Part shown: positions 50,865 to 62,995 of the stretch, in pieces
How the letters are laid out: every line of letters begins with the position of its first letter
Numbering within the stretch: position 1 is the first letter of the stretch
From: Nymphaea colorata
Taxonomy: Eukaryota
Assembly: GCF_008831285.2 (NCBI RefSeq)
Contig: NC_045138.2
Location: forward strand, 2,542,001-2,606,000
DNA: 64,000 bases
Direction: 5' to 3'
Program-made: the position numbers and the translations under genes
Notes under the pieces: model-generated
The model's database searches: none
Seen by the model: the letters and a program-made list of their open reading frames with translations, nothing else
Told to the model about the DNA's origin: nothing

Positions 50865-53800
50865 ATGGCGTCCGCCTCGTCTTCCCCTGATCTCTCCTCC
50901 CTCCTCGCGTCCGTCTCTAGAAACCCAAGGTCTCCACCCCGGGCTGTCCCTGCGTCCTTCGTGTCGTTCCCTCCGTCCGGGAGGCGCTTAGTCCCTCGAC
51001 GGAGCTCCGCCGCGGGTCGCGGTCGCAAAATTGGACCCGTATGCGCCTCCGAGGTTTCGGTCGCCGAGCAAGAGAGGGAGGAGCCATCGTCTGCTGCCTC
51101 AGATGATGGCCGGAATTGGGTGCCGGTGGTTCCGCTTGCTGCGCTGCCCAAGGGAGAGAGGAGGGTGATCATCCAGAACGGTGAGACGATCCTGTTGCTC
51201 TGGTACAGGGACGAGATATTCGCTATTGAGAATCGGTCGCCTGCTGAGGGCGCGTACAGCGAGGGGTTGCTCAATGCTAAGCTCACGCAGGTGCTGTTTC
51301 TCATCCTTCGTTTCGTCGTTCTTCGTTTCTCACTTTCTTGATGATTATTTTAGGATTACCTTTCTCGGGAGTGAGTTTCAGTGTGGGTAAATGCATTTCC
51401 TTTTCCCGAAAGTGAATTTGATTGTGGAAAAATGGAGTTCGTTTTCTTGTAATTGTCACAGTTTGGTTGTGGTTCTGATTGGTAAAGTTATAAACTCGAG
51501 AACTGATGACTTCTGTTTCGCGTCGGAGAGCCCATTGTCCACAAAGAATCGGGAGAAGTGCCTTGTTTAATGCATAGAAATGTCATTTTTCGACTTTAGA
51601 GGGCGTGGAAAGCAAGACAGTATTGAGTTGATGAGAGGAAAGAGTTCATCCTCCTTGGTCAGAGTTCATCCGCCAATATTTGGATTTTACGTTCCATTTG
51701 ATACTTCTACTTGGTTTGGTTCCTTTGAACCAATCAGCTATAGTTTTACTAGAAAATCTGCTAGCGGAGATCCAGATGGCATACTGTCACAGAGAACTGT
51801 GAGGAAACTATGCCAGTCTAGAAATTTCAAGAGGATTTAAGGGAAAATACATTATTCATGTTCTAGAAATGTTTAACCTTCTGACGGCGGATTCTCCAGT
51901 AACTGACATACCTTACGTGCTAGGGATAAGGAGCTTCTGAAATGATTCCGTTTTACTTGTTGACCTCGTCGTGCTGGCTAATGAGGTCATACCAGCTCTC
52001 TCTAATGAGGTCATACCAGCTCTCTCTTTTCAGCTAGAACGTTAGAGACCTCCTCGATTTTGTACTTTTCATGTTTTAGTTCTGTTAGTGAGTTTCACTG
52101 TGCTGGATGTCCTCTTTCTACTCTTTAGTATATTCGGGACACAGTCCTGCTGGTAGGTAAATTTTTTGTCCAACCTTGAAAAGATCACTCGGAGGATATT
52201 TCTTAAGATATGGATGCATACCTGTGCATTTTAAAATGCATTTGGAAGGAAAAGAAAATCTAACTGCACTGTGTAACCAAACGTCATATTTAGTACCAGC
52301 GAGACAAATGAATTCCTGTTCACGGATATGCATTTGAAAGACCATCATCTAGAGGTTTTTGATTGCTAACAGTTTATCCATGAAGTTTTTTTTGTCCTAG
52401 TGTCTTTTCCCTTTTAGTAAATGTGATTAACTGCTTTAGTCGTTTTGAAGATTATTTAGGAAAAACTCTTAAGAGGACCATATTGTGGAAATTGACAGGA
52501 TGGTTGTGTAGTGTGCCCAACAACCGATAGTACATTTGACTTGAGGACTGGCGCTATAAAGGAGTGGTACCCAAAAAATCCTGTGCTAAGAGTCCTCACG
52601 CCGGCTCTTAGGAAACTTTTTGTGTATCCTGTGAAGTCAGACGAAGAGAATATTTACATCAGCATGTCAGGGGGTTCAGCAACTGGAGAATCTGCAGAGA
52701 TTGTCTTCAGTGGGAAAGCTCAACCTGGTGTGACTGCATCAGATGTCAATGTAGATGAGGTACTCCTTTTCCCTTCTTCTGACCATGACTGCTACTTGCT
52801 GCGCCCTGTGAGATTCAGGGTTTATCATCTGTTGCAGCTTTTTACTTGTGCCTACTTGTTATGGTGATTGTTGTTCTTGTTTGTTCTCACATGACGACAG
52901 CAGCTTGACTGTTAAAAACAATGTTCTAAAACCTTGTACTTTAGGGCTAGAGTTGTCCATTATTGGTCATGAATTGGGGCCGGGCGGGGGTGTTGTGCAA
53001 CTCAGTGACTCGGGCCGGGGTTTGTTTACTATATATTCTGCAAGAAAAACGATATATAACTGTAAGAAAAACGATATATAACTTGTCATTTTACATAAAA
53101 GGGTTGTAGAATGGCTTGATTACTTATATAGTTTAGAAATAGGTCAAATTAAAATCCAGTAAACCATAACTAAGCTACGTTTACCCATGTAACAACAGGA
53201 AACAAAACCATTAAGCTACAGTATAGTTGTCAAGATAACATCTATAACCAAATTTTTGGGTGTGAAACATGTTTTGGAGGAGTCGAATGACTTGACTTGG
53301 TGAGTGACATGAGTTCTAGGCGAGTCATACAAGTTTTCTATGAGTTTTTTGCTTTCCCTAGTTTTGGATAAAAACTGAGTCCTCCTACTGAGTCAAGGAC
53401 CAAACAGAGCCAAGTTTAGACCTTAGAAGTAACAAAAAGGCTAGTCAATAAAGCACTATGAAAATTAACCATCCATGTATCGCCTAGTTGGTGACTATAA
53501 AAAGAGATATTTTGTCCATCATCTTGAAAGTTCGTGTTGTGAATGATGTAAATCTAGTATTAGTTAAGTCAAGGGTTAAGGATTACTTGAAAATATGTCT
53601 TTTTCTCAAGGTGAACAAGAATTTGAGAATTTCTTACCTTAGTGATGTTGCTAGGTTCATGCATTTGTTACTGTTGTTTCACACGATATCATTAACACGC
53701 AGAAAATACTTTCATCCACTTGCTGCAGTAGTACAAACTTGGCATATTGTTATGAGTTTTGAACATTTACTGAGGCAGAAAATTTGGCCGGGCGGTAGTA

Positions 53801-54962
53801 ATATGTAGTAAACACAAAAACTCATAATGTGTCACAATCATTGGGAGGCCGAACCACTGAGGGTGAAACCTGCTGATGTTTTAAGGAACAGAAGTAGGAA
53901 GCCAGCAGCTGTCTGAAAGTCGAGCTGCTGAGGCTGGAACCTTCATTTTGATTTCTGTTGAATGGAGAGAAGAAGCAGCTGGATGGGTTTGAGACACATT
54001 CAGAAGCACCAACTCTGGTGCAGTGGGGACAGCCCATATGGCTGGATCTGGGTAGTGATTCCGTAGTTCAGAATCTGCCGGGCCTGTGTTATTGTGGCAA
54101 CACGAGGACCACTTTGCCCCTAGTACTAAATGACTTTGGCTTGCTAATAAAGCTCAGATGTACGACATGCATTGATTGCTTCCCTTTATGGAAGCCTTAG
54201 AAGCATGAGCTGGCTTAACTTGGTTTAGCTTATCCCAGACTCAGTTGCTCAAATTAGATTAGGTCACGTAGGTGGTGTGATGCCAGGAGGAGCTTTTGCA
54301 CATGTTTACACCAGTTGAGCTTGCAATGAGTCTCTTGTGTAGGCATGAGTGTGCTTGTTCAGGCAAGACACATGGCTTCTATGTGTAATGCTTGCTTAAA
54401 AGAGCAATCCAGTAAGGTTATTAGAGCACGACTTTCAATTCTCAAATGACCAGAATATACGTAATTCTTCTTGCGTGACGAGGTTTGTGACTGCATGTAT
54501 TACTGGGTTTGTTACTTGAGGCCGGTCTGCCTAGGCATGACTGCAAGCTGGGTTGAATGCTAAACAAGCTGTGCTAAACAAATTAGTGTTGTTGTTCACT
54601 CGTTTCAATTACCTGTCTGCATTTTATGAACAGGATGACACATTCAGTCTTCAGTAAGTCTTTTCACATTCCTCTGAAGGAAGAAGACGAAAACTAGCAC
54701 TGTTATCTTTGTTTTTGATATGGTTATTATGAATTGATTTCATGAATTGTCATAATGTTGGTTACAGGTTAAAATGGTTATTGACGAAGATTTGGAAGGT
54801 TTTGGTTTCTCGGAGAAAAATGAATTGATAAATGGGAAAGCAGCGGTTATCGGTTTCCTACTGTTGTTGGACTTTGAGCTCTTGACTGGGAAGGGGCTTC
54901 TCAAGGGCACAGGCTTCCTGGACTTCATATATGCTGCATCAAGGCTGTTCGGTTCCTCCTAG
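50865..54962 (+). CDS. PSB33: PSB33/LIL8 (At1g71500-like) thylakoid protein: Rieske-like domain plus LHC-motif helix, 293 aa, 3 exons
   Basis: Exons 50865-51290, 52499-52759, 54768-54962; GT-AG, in phase (882 nt). S/R-rich transit peptide, NWVPVVPLAALPKGERRVIIQ, AIENRSPAEGAYSEGL, DGCVVCPTTDSTFDLRTG, C-terminal FGFSEKNELINGKAAVIGFLLLLDFELLTGKGLL. Confidence 0.93.
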
Positions 54963-55747
54963 GCCTTTGTCGGAGCCTTCATAAGGACGAAAAGTGAAGA
55001 AGCAAAATGTGATTTGAGTGCATTTACTTGGCTTCGACGTTGCACTTGATAACAGAACCATCATGTGAACCAAAAGCTTCAGTCTACCAATTGTTAAGAT
55101 TATTCAGTAAACATGTGCCATAACATGGAATTATCTGTCATGATATACCAGCTTCCTTTGTAATTATGATAAGGGAAGATATTCAAAGGGTCTAAGAAGT
55201 CATTGGATTTTTTTGTTCTTTTTAGCCAAATCAAGCCTTCACAAAATTCGATGGATCTTTCCTTTGCCGCTTGTCCTACTACTCAAGGGGTCTAAGGAAC
55301 CATCATTTTTTTGCTGTCCAAGCAAGTATTTTGTGAAAAGTCCTGACATGAAACTGTTATGTTTGTTACTCGTACCATTGTTTCGTAGAGTCAACGATTT
55401 GTGCTTCTTTTTGAAAGGTAAAGGCAATTTGGACTGACAAATCCTCGCGCACAGAGCTCTCAAGATAGCTGAAATCGTTCGGTCATCTTGAGTTTCGTGT
55501 ATCAGGTGGGTGTGAAAATGCAATGCATCTGTGAAAGAGTATTAAGATATCTCCCACATAGAGAAATCTACAGATACTCCCTCTCTCTCTCTTTTTTTAT
55601 ATATATCCATCCTAGTAAGACCCTTCATATGAGTCACAACCATCAAAATAGGGCCATTCATCTAAAAGAAGATGGATGGCCTTGATTGAACCCTCTTTTT
55701 ATTTATGATTTATTTGTTTTTTGAATGCCAGCAGTGATGGAGAGAAG

Positions 55748-55985
55748 GGGGAGCCCTGACAACTAAGGGCGGAATCAGAAATTTTTTGTTGCATGGGGAG
55801 CCCTGACAACTAAGGGCGGAATCAGAAATTTTTTGTTGCATGGATAGTTTTAAAATTTTAACAGGAATCAAAATAGAAAATTTTAAACATATTAAACTAA
55901 TTTTTTTTAAATTTACATATAATTTTTTAAAGTTTTAAAAATTTAAGAGAGAGACCAAGACCCTTACTGACAGCTCCCCATCTAT
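55748..55985 (+). mobile_element. MITE related to the CAGGGGCGGAGC family, with a 47-bp tandem duplication across its left junction
   Basis: GGGGAGCCCTGACAACTAAGGGCGGAATCAGAAATTTTTTGTTGCAT exact twice (55748, 55795), followed by an AT-rich body similar to ~34569-34700. Right end approximate. Confidence 0.65.
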
Positions 55986-58916
55986 CAGCAAACTAATCTG
56001 TTCCATATATGATCAAACAGCTCAAGTTTGATGTCTCCTTATATCTATATTTTCGTGGAGTCATCATTCAAACTTTTATAATTTTTAATACAAATTCCCT
56101 TCGTCCTCTTCTGTGCACGTACTTTATTTACAATATGCGTGCGTTTGGGGTTGAACAAAATTGTGGAACGCAATAAATGAAATAAACATCCCGCCGCTGG
56201 TGCGTCTGTCGGCATTCACATTTCCGTGAAAGCGGCGTAGTCAATTAGTTGACTGTAGTCAACTCTCATCCACAAGAAGGCTAAGCAGTTTAATGAGCAG
56301 TTGAGTTTGTCATCAGCGACTGCTTCTTGCATCCTCGTTAGTTGGGTTATCTTTAATTTGATTCGACGGCCAATTCAAGAGTATCACGTCAGTTCTTAAT
56401 TATTTATAGAAACATTTCTAGTTATTTTCGATATTTTCAGTTGATTATACATATTTTTCGTTCATATATCAAAAATACTTTTTGTTGTAATTTTTGCTCA
56501 TTTGACTGGTGTGCAACTTTGCCGATTTGAATTCATGAATCGGTTTGATTTTTACAGTACTGGTTAAAATTACATCTTAGAAGACATGGATTAAATAAGA
56601 AACAGAGGTACAACATCAATATTCACCAATCTTCTTCCATAACAAATGGACAATGGAGACTGTAGATCTCCATCAACAAGTGATGTTGCAGATTAATTGC
56701 AAACTTTGCACATGATGCACTATTTAAGAAGTTGATATATGAATTTCATATCTGCCCAAAGCAGTCCATTTAAGATATATTTGGTAACAATTATACATTG
56801 TTTCTGTCAAAATGAATCTACGTGTAACAAATGAAGTAAATTCATAAGACACTTTTTGCATCAAAGTTGAGGCAGATTCATATGACAGTATGCCGAACAA
56901 CCCTTTACAAATTTTGCACATTCCAAACAAAAAAAAAACCCGAAAAGGAAGGAGAAGGTGAACTGGTTGGTTCTCTCTCTCTCTCTCCATGATGCCCCGA
57001 AAGGGGTCGGTCGAGCTATCAAGGGCCCCAATCTGTTGGGAGGTCACCGGAGAGTGCATACCATGTTTTTCGTTTACATTTCAATGTTTCACCAAGTCTA
57101 TAAGGATTGAGGAGTTCATTGTACCATTTTAGAAAAAACTAGAAAGAAGGAGAGAGCAACAACTTGAGACTCTTGTAACTCGGTTGCATGTCTATAGTCC
57201 GATTCTTGGTACTTGATCCTGTCGAGTTATCGACATCCACTGACCTAGTTGACTGCTGATGCAAGTCCCATTCCTGAGCTTGTCAACTATGATTGTCATA
57301 ACGTACAGGTGGGGGGGCTGGTGGGTAGTCAGTCTTTATTTCAAATAGTTAAGGTGTCAACTTCTTGCGTTGAGATTGGGGTGCACCAATATTCAAGTTA
57401 TAGCGAGAGTGTCATCTTGAAACATTGAAAGCAAAACTAACATCATCATCATCGGGAGATAAAGAGAATGGAGATGGCTTAAGCTTTCTTGTTCGGCTTA
57501 AGCTTTCTTGTTCGGCAGTAGGATAAAAAATTTCTTCTACTCACTCAATAAACATGCACATAGATTAGAGTCCCATATTCACAAAAAATGAGTTTTTTTT
57601 TTTTTAAAAAAAAGTGATAAAATAAATGACCGTTTAAAACTTGAAAAAAATATGTTTTTGAAAAAAATGTTAAAAGAAAAAAAAATACGTTTTTTCACAA
57701 TTTTTACCTTTTTCACTTTTTTTCAGTTTTTTGATGCTAAATTTTTTATTTTTTATTTGTTGCAAATTTATTTATCTTTTGATGTTTTTGTTATTAGTTT
57801 CTCATTTATTTTATTTTTAGTTTTTTAAAATCTTTAAAAAATTTATCTATTTTTCTGTTTTTTATTTTTATTTTTTTCAAGCTTGCTGTATCATACCCAA
57901 GCAAGCAAAACTGTATCATACCTAAGCAAAACATCGCCGATGTTGAACTCCGCCAAACGAATTCTAGATTGAATTGGACGACCGGCGCTTCAGTTCATGC
58001 GCTTGCACCTAAAAGCAAGCTACATTCAATCAGTCTTTCCTCATAGATATCAACGCATCATGCCTCGCCGGAGCCCTTGCCGGAGCGCCATGTAGAGCAG
58101 CAATGGCACGTCACTACCATGCTTCCATTTGAGAAATGAGCCGTCTAATCTATTGAGAAAGTTTCCTTCATTGCTTCTATCTGTGCCGAAACAAGCGCTT
58201 TATGCACCAAATACGTTACATAACCGTAAAACCAACGAATGGAAAACAGAAGGAAAAGAAAACATGTTCGACTTCAACTCACCGGCTTCCTGCAGAATTG
58301 CAGTCAGACACTGGGGGCGGCTGCGTTTGGCTTTTTGTGATTTTTTCTCAGAACATGACAGAGATCCTGAACTCCAAGTGCAGAAGGGTGGTCAAAAAGG
58401 AGGAAATGCAACTTGGGTAGCGTCTAGAACACTGTTTGGGAATCGACAAATAGTGAGAGAGATGGGGAGAGAGAGCGTGTGTGAACCCGATGGGTAGGTG
58501 ACAGCCCACAAAGAGGCTCTCTCTCTTCCTCCTTCTTCTGTCAGCTTCATGGTCAATGGAACAAAGCTTTTCCGTCAAATGCATGCAGTTTTCTGGTCGT
58601 GGAATTGAAAGGCGCCCAGACAAATGCTCACTTTCCTGAACGACTAGGAATTTAATGGCGGCTCCACACCTGGTTTCTGCACGTAACATGTTTACTTTCT
58701 GTGTTTCATATCGAGCAGGGAGGAATGATCCCTTATTGCGTGTACGGTACGTGTTTGAAGAGTTGGATGTGTGCCCACATGAGAAAACTGACTGATAAAG
58801 TATTTATCTGGGTTCAGTAGCCAATTCAAAAGTCCCAATTGTCAATTCCTAAACATTTTTGTAAAACATGTAAGTATTTTCTTGTTTTAAACAAAATTTA
58901 AACATTCATGTAACAT

Positions 58917-59203
58917 ATTCAAATGAGTTTACGAGTTTGTCGAGCCTTAATAGAGTCGAACTCAAGCTCAACACGTAACAATGAATATCAATTACATTCA
59001 AACGAGTTTGTTGAGACTTAATCGAGTTCAACTTGAGCTCAGCACCTAATGATGAATATCAATTCTATTCAAACGATTTGTCGAGCCTTAGTCGAGTCGA
59101 GCTCAAGCTCAATACGTAACTGCTGAGTCGAACTCGAGGTTTTTTAGTCGAGCCGAGCTCGAGCGAACTAAACTTGGGCTCAACTCAACTCATGTGCACT
59201 CTA
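58917..59203 (+). mobile_element. Degenerate GAGCTCGA-rich hAT MITE right arm with three ~71-bp tandem units
   Basis: Units begin ATTCAAA at 58917, 58996 and 59067. Ends CTCATGTGCACTCTA, similar to the TGTGCAGCCCTA terminus of 62209-62650. Confidence 0.65.
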
Positions 59204-59758
59204 TGCAAATGACCAATTCGAATGCGAGTTCCATTTAGTTCTGCCATTATTGGCCGATACATGAACACCCCATCACTCATTGTCCTTTTTTTTTTTCAAT
59301 TTTGTAAATATTTTAAATATTTAAATTTTGTTTATCATTTTTATTAAAAAATAAAAAAAATTGCATTCATTCACAATCAAATCAACCGTGTTTGACACCG
59401 ATATAAATGTGGTATGTAATTAGTAGAGAAGGTGGGCCAATGCCATTGTGTTTTCATTTTTATAAGGGACGGTCCCAGTAGACCCACTTGTGGTCCGGAG
59501 ACATCCAAGCCAAGGAGCTAACTGCGGGCCAAGTGGGTCCACGCCCACCGACCACTGGACGTTGAGAACTGCGTCTCTTCTCACCTACTTTGACCTGATT
59601 GCAGTTTGACCTTCTCCCATCCTTATTTAATAAACTGACTTGGCCTGCCCTCCTCCTCACGTTCTTCAATGGTTGACTTCCATTATTGAAGATGTATATA
59701 TGGAGCCCTTAGCTCGCCCTTGAGCTCACTTCATTCCAGTTTTTCGCCGGAATCCAGC

Positions 59759-60265
59759 ATGATGGAAAGAGGGAACGGAAAGGTTGTCGAGGATGGTGGC
59801 CGGAAGCCATACAAGGGTGTTAGGCGCCGGAAATGGGGGAAATGGGTGTCGGAGATCCGGTTGCCGGGCTCAAGGGACCGCCTTTGGCTGGGCTCGTACG
59901 CTACCCCCGAAGCCGCGGCCATTGCACGCGACACGGCGGTGTTTTGCCTACGAGGCCCGAACTCAGTCAACAGTCTGAACTTCCCCTACAACATTCCGGC
60001 GATCCCGCGGCTCGACATGTCGCCGAGGTCGGTGCGAAGAGTAGCAGCCGAGGCCGGGGTGGCAATGGATGTGGAGCTGTCGTCCAAGCTGCAGAACACA
60101 GGCAGACTGCCGGAATCCGGCGAGGGTGCGGCGCAGGAGTGCCTGATATGGGATGGCTTGGAAGACTTGCCGAGGAGCTACTACGCCCACCAGCTAAGAG
60201 AGGAAGAGTTGAGCATCTCAGTGGATGACATGCATGGAAATATATTTGTAAATTTTCCTTCTTAG
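59759..60265 (+). CDS. AP2/ERF transcription factor, DREB A-5 / group II (ERF019/ERF020-like), 168 aa, intronless
   Basis: First ATG at 59759. AP2 domain [49 protein letters not shown]...LNFP, then [18 protein letters not shown] and C-terminal LSISVDD as in ERF019/020-type proteins. Confidence 0.92.
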   Translation: MMERGNGKVVEDGGRKPYKGVRRRKWGKWVSEIRLPGSRDRLWLGSYATPEAAAIARDTAVFCLRGPNSVNSLNFPYNIPAIPRLDMSPRSVRRVAAEAGVAMDVELSSKLQNTGRLPESGEGAAQECLIWDGLEDLPRSYYAHQLREEELSISVDDMHGNIFVNFPS

Positions 60266-61497
60266 GTTTTAGTTCTCTTGAATATGACCAGATTTGGGCA
60301 AAATTTAAAGAAATTATGGAAAGAGATGCATCTCTTTATGCAATACTCTTGGCTTCTTTTGACTTGAAATTGTATGATTTTATTACCAATAAGTTAGCAT
60401 GGTTAACTAGATGGGGTTAGAAGAGAGAGAGAGAGAGAGAGACACACTATGGTGCAAAGGGGTATTTTCGTCATTTTATATTTTTTAAAAAGAAAATAAA
60501 AAATTAAAGCAGAATTAGTCCGACTGTCCATTGGATTGAACTCAATAATAATGGAAAATAAGCCCCTTATATCAAGCAACATGGAAAAATTGAAAAAAAA
60601 AATACATTTTAGACCAAAAAAACAACAAAATTGTCTTTGATTCATCAAACATCAGTATCGACGATGTATTATATCAAAAGCACCTTGTCCATTTGAAGGT
60701 TTGGTGGCAAATCAATTCAATTTTGTTAATGGTCATGTGTCAATTTCTAACTATTTTTTTAAAAAATAATTTAGAATCTTTAACATTTAAATTATTTTAA
60801 AAACTTTTATTTAAAATTTAAAATATTTTTTGTCCATTCATTATTTAACTGAATTGGCCTGCTGACCAAATTGACAGCTCCGCTCTTCAGTTCCAAACGA
60901 ACTTTCAACACCGAAAATTGTGAAGTCAACCTTTATAAAGAGAGTCTTTCATTCTAGCAACAAGGGCTTTTTAGTCATTTGAGCCCTGATATAGTACAGG
61001 GCAAGGATCTCCTTCAACAATCTAAACAAGCACGGACCGAAAATTTATTTACAAATTCACGGACATGCATCAATTTCTAGATAATGTCAGACAGGTACCT
61101 CGATTTTCCTGCAATAATGTGCAAACCGCGGTGCAATTACAACGGCAGGTAAATGAGCCCATGAACCGAGCAGAGGGTCATGTTCTGGTCATTTTTTGTT
61201 CTATCCGAATCGAAATGCAGGCTCCTTTTGAACATGGAATTGATGGATAGAATCTGATGAACGCAGATTATAATTATAGAGTTTGAAAACTTTGCGTCCG
61301 TTCTTTGTATTGATACATCACCAAAGTTAGTTTTTTTTTATGTGGATTGACAATTTTTTTTCGCTATTTCATCCATAGTTTGTCGTCTCAATCTTTTCGC
61401 TGGGCATAGTATAACTGGTCAGAAGGGTACGCCGATGCATCCAATCGTTAGTTTGATTTCCATGAAGACTAATGTTTTACACTGCAAATGATGGATG

Positions 61498-61688
61498 CAG
61501 AGGCGGAGCCAAGGTAGGGCTCGCTTGGGCTTTGGCCCCATCTCAATTTTTTTTTTAAGTTACATGTAAATTTTAAAAAATTTCACTTGTTTTATATAAA
61601 ATTTTTAAAAAATGATATTTCGATCGTAGTTAAAATTTAAAAACTTTAATTCTGCCCCCCTCATAAAAATTTTTTAACTCCGTCCCTG
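61498..61688 (+). mobile_element. MITE, CAGGGGCGGAGC-terminus family, full length (191 bp), hAT-type
   Basis: TIRs CAGAGGCGGAGC / ACTCCGTCCCTG; 8-bp TSD GATGGATG / GATAGATA (6/8). Confidence 0.85.
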
Positions 61689-62208
61689 GATAGATAAACA
61701 ATACTTTAGTTGACAGGTGTCATGCTTCCTACTTAATTTCTAAAACAATCATAAACCCTCAGCATAGAGGGGGGCTTCGGCCTCTTAGAGGTATCCACCC
61801 CCCTCTTTTTTTGCACAAGAAAAAAATTGGTCAAAACTACATATAGACTGCCACCCACTGTTTCCACTTAAGCTTTCCTTTCACACAATGCTTCCATTCA
61901 TCTTTGAACGGCATAAAGGCCAATTGTTTATTTCAACTTCCCAAGGCATCAAAAGTGAGCAACAAAAAGGTGTCTTGATTCCAATGTGGCTTCTCCAAGT
62001 TACAAACTTTTCTTCTTTTTAGGAAAAAAAACATGAAAGCGCATTACTTTGAAGTTGAGCCAGTCAACTGCAATTTTTTAAGAAAAAAAAAAAGAGTCGA
62101 AGCCGTGGAATCTTGGCGTGTGATGACAAAAAGTCTCGTTCCAATTCAGGCAGCATTTCAATGTTTCCAAACTTGAGGCAATCACGACCCACATGGTGGG
62201 CTTATAAG

Positions 62209-62650
62209 TAGGGCTGCACACGAGCCGAGTCGAGCTCGAGCTTGCCCAGCTCGAGCTCGACTCGACTCAACGAGCTCGAGCTCGAACTCGACTCGAACTC
62301 GAGTCGAGCTACCTAACACAAGCTCGAGCTCGACTCGATTAAATAAAGTCGAGCTCGAGCTCGACTCGATTAACTCGATTAGCTCGTCTAAATAAAATAT
62401 GATCATTCTTTTTAAAATATCTAGTAAATTTCATGACGTGGGATGAAATTTGTTTATTCGTCGAGTATAAACGAGTCGAGTCGAGTATAAACGAGTCGAG
62501 TTCTTAAAACTCGAACTCGACTCGTTTACTCATTCGAGTTTCATTGTAAGCTCGAACTCGACTCGTTTATAAACGAGTCGAGCTCGAGCCGAGTTTAACC
62601 GGGCGAGTTCGAGTCGAGCCCGAGCTGGCTCGACTCGTTGTGCAGCCCTA
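62209..62650. mobile_element. hAT-type MITE, 442 bp, young insertion
   Basis: Perfect 12-bp TIR TAGGGCTGCACA / TGTGCAGCCCTA. Perfect 8-bp TSD CTTATAAG (62201-62208 / 62651-62658). Dense (G)AGCTCGA/ACTCG subterminal repeats. Confidence 0.96.
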
Positions 62651-62676
62651 CTTATAAGGATAGGGGTATTAGGAGA

Positions 62677-62995
62677 TAAGCCTAGGAGGTACTCGACTGG
62701 AGCCTGTTCGGGCCTAGGAAAACCAACCCGAGCTATATCGGGCCAGCTCGGGTCGGTCGGATGGGGTTCGATTTTAGTTTTTTTTAATCATTTTTATTTA
62801 ATAATAATACATATTTTATTATTAAAAAGTATTTTTATGTTTGAAAATGTTATTTTATATTTGAAAAACATTTTTTATTTTAATCAGGCCAGGCCGGAGT
62901 GGGTCCGAGCCCGGGTATCGAGCCTGAACTCAAATTTCGAGCGTCGAGCCGACCTGGGCCTGACTCTTATCAGGTCGGGCCGATGCCCAAGTCTA
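62677..62995. mobile_element. hAT-type MITE, 319 bp, older
   Basis: Right terminus CCGATGCCCAAGTCTA, degenerate left terminus TAAGCCTAGG. 8-bp TSD TTAGGAGA / TTAGGAGT (7/8). GC-rich arms around an AT-rich core. Confidence 0.8.

Noticed and set aside
51978..52027. Short exact tandem duplications (24 bp here, 19 bp at ~57476, 18-bp repeat at ~8380/8423, imperfect 59-bp period at ~26883)
   Set aside because: Common slippage products with no functional indication.
51222..52545. PSB33 Rieske domain lacks the CxH...CxxH iron-sulfur ligands (reads ENRSPAEG and CPTT)
   Set aside because: Established property of PSB33/LIL8 proteins; not a novelty or pseudogene signal.
53822..54600. Moderately GC-rich stretch with short ORFs and a small CAGCAGCT/AGCTGCTG hairpin in PSB33 intron 2
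   Set aside because: No recognisable protein, RNA family or TE termini.
58499..58543. TGACAG...CTGTCA short inverted repeat; minus strand starts TGACAGAAGA like miR156
   Set aside because: Only 10 nt match miR156, there is no star-strand pairing, and the foldback is far too short.
58917..59140. Regularly spaced repeats superficially like a CRISPR array
   Set aside because: Whole units are repeated with no unique spacers, in a eukaryotic context with no cas genes. It is a MITE-derived minisatellite.
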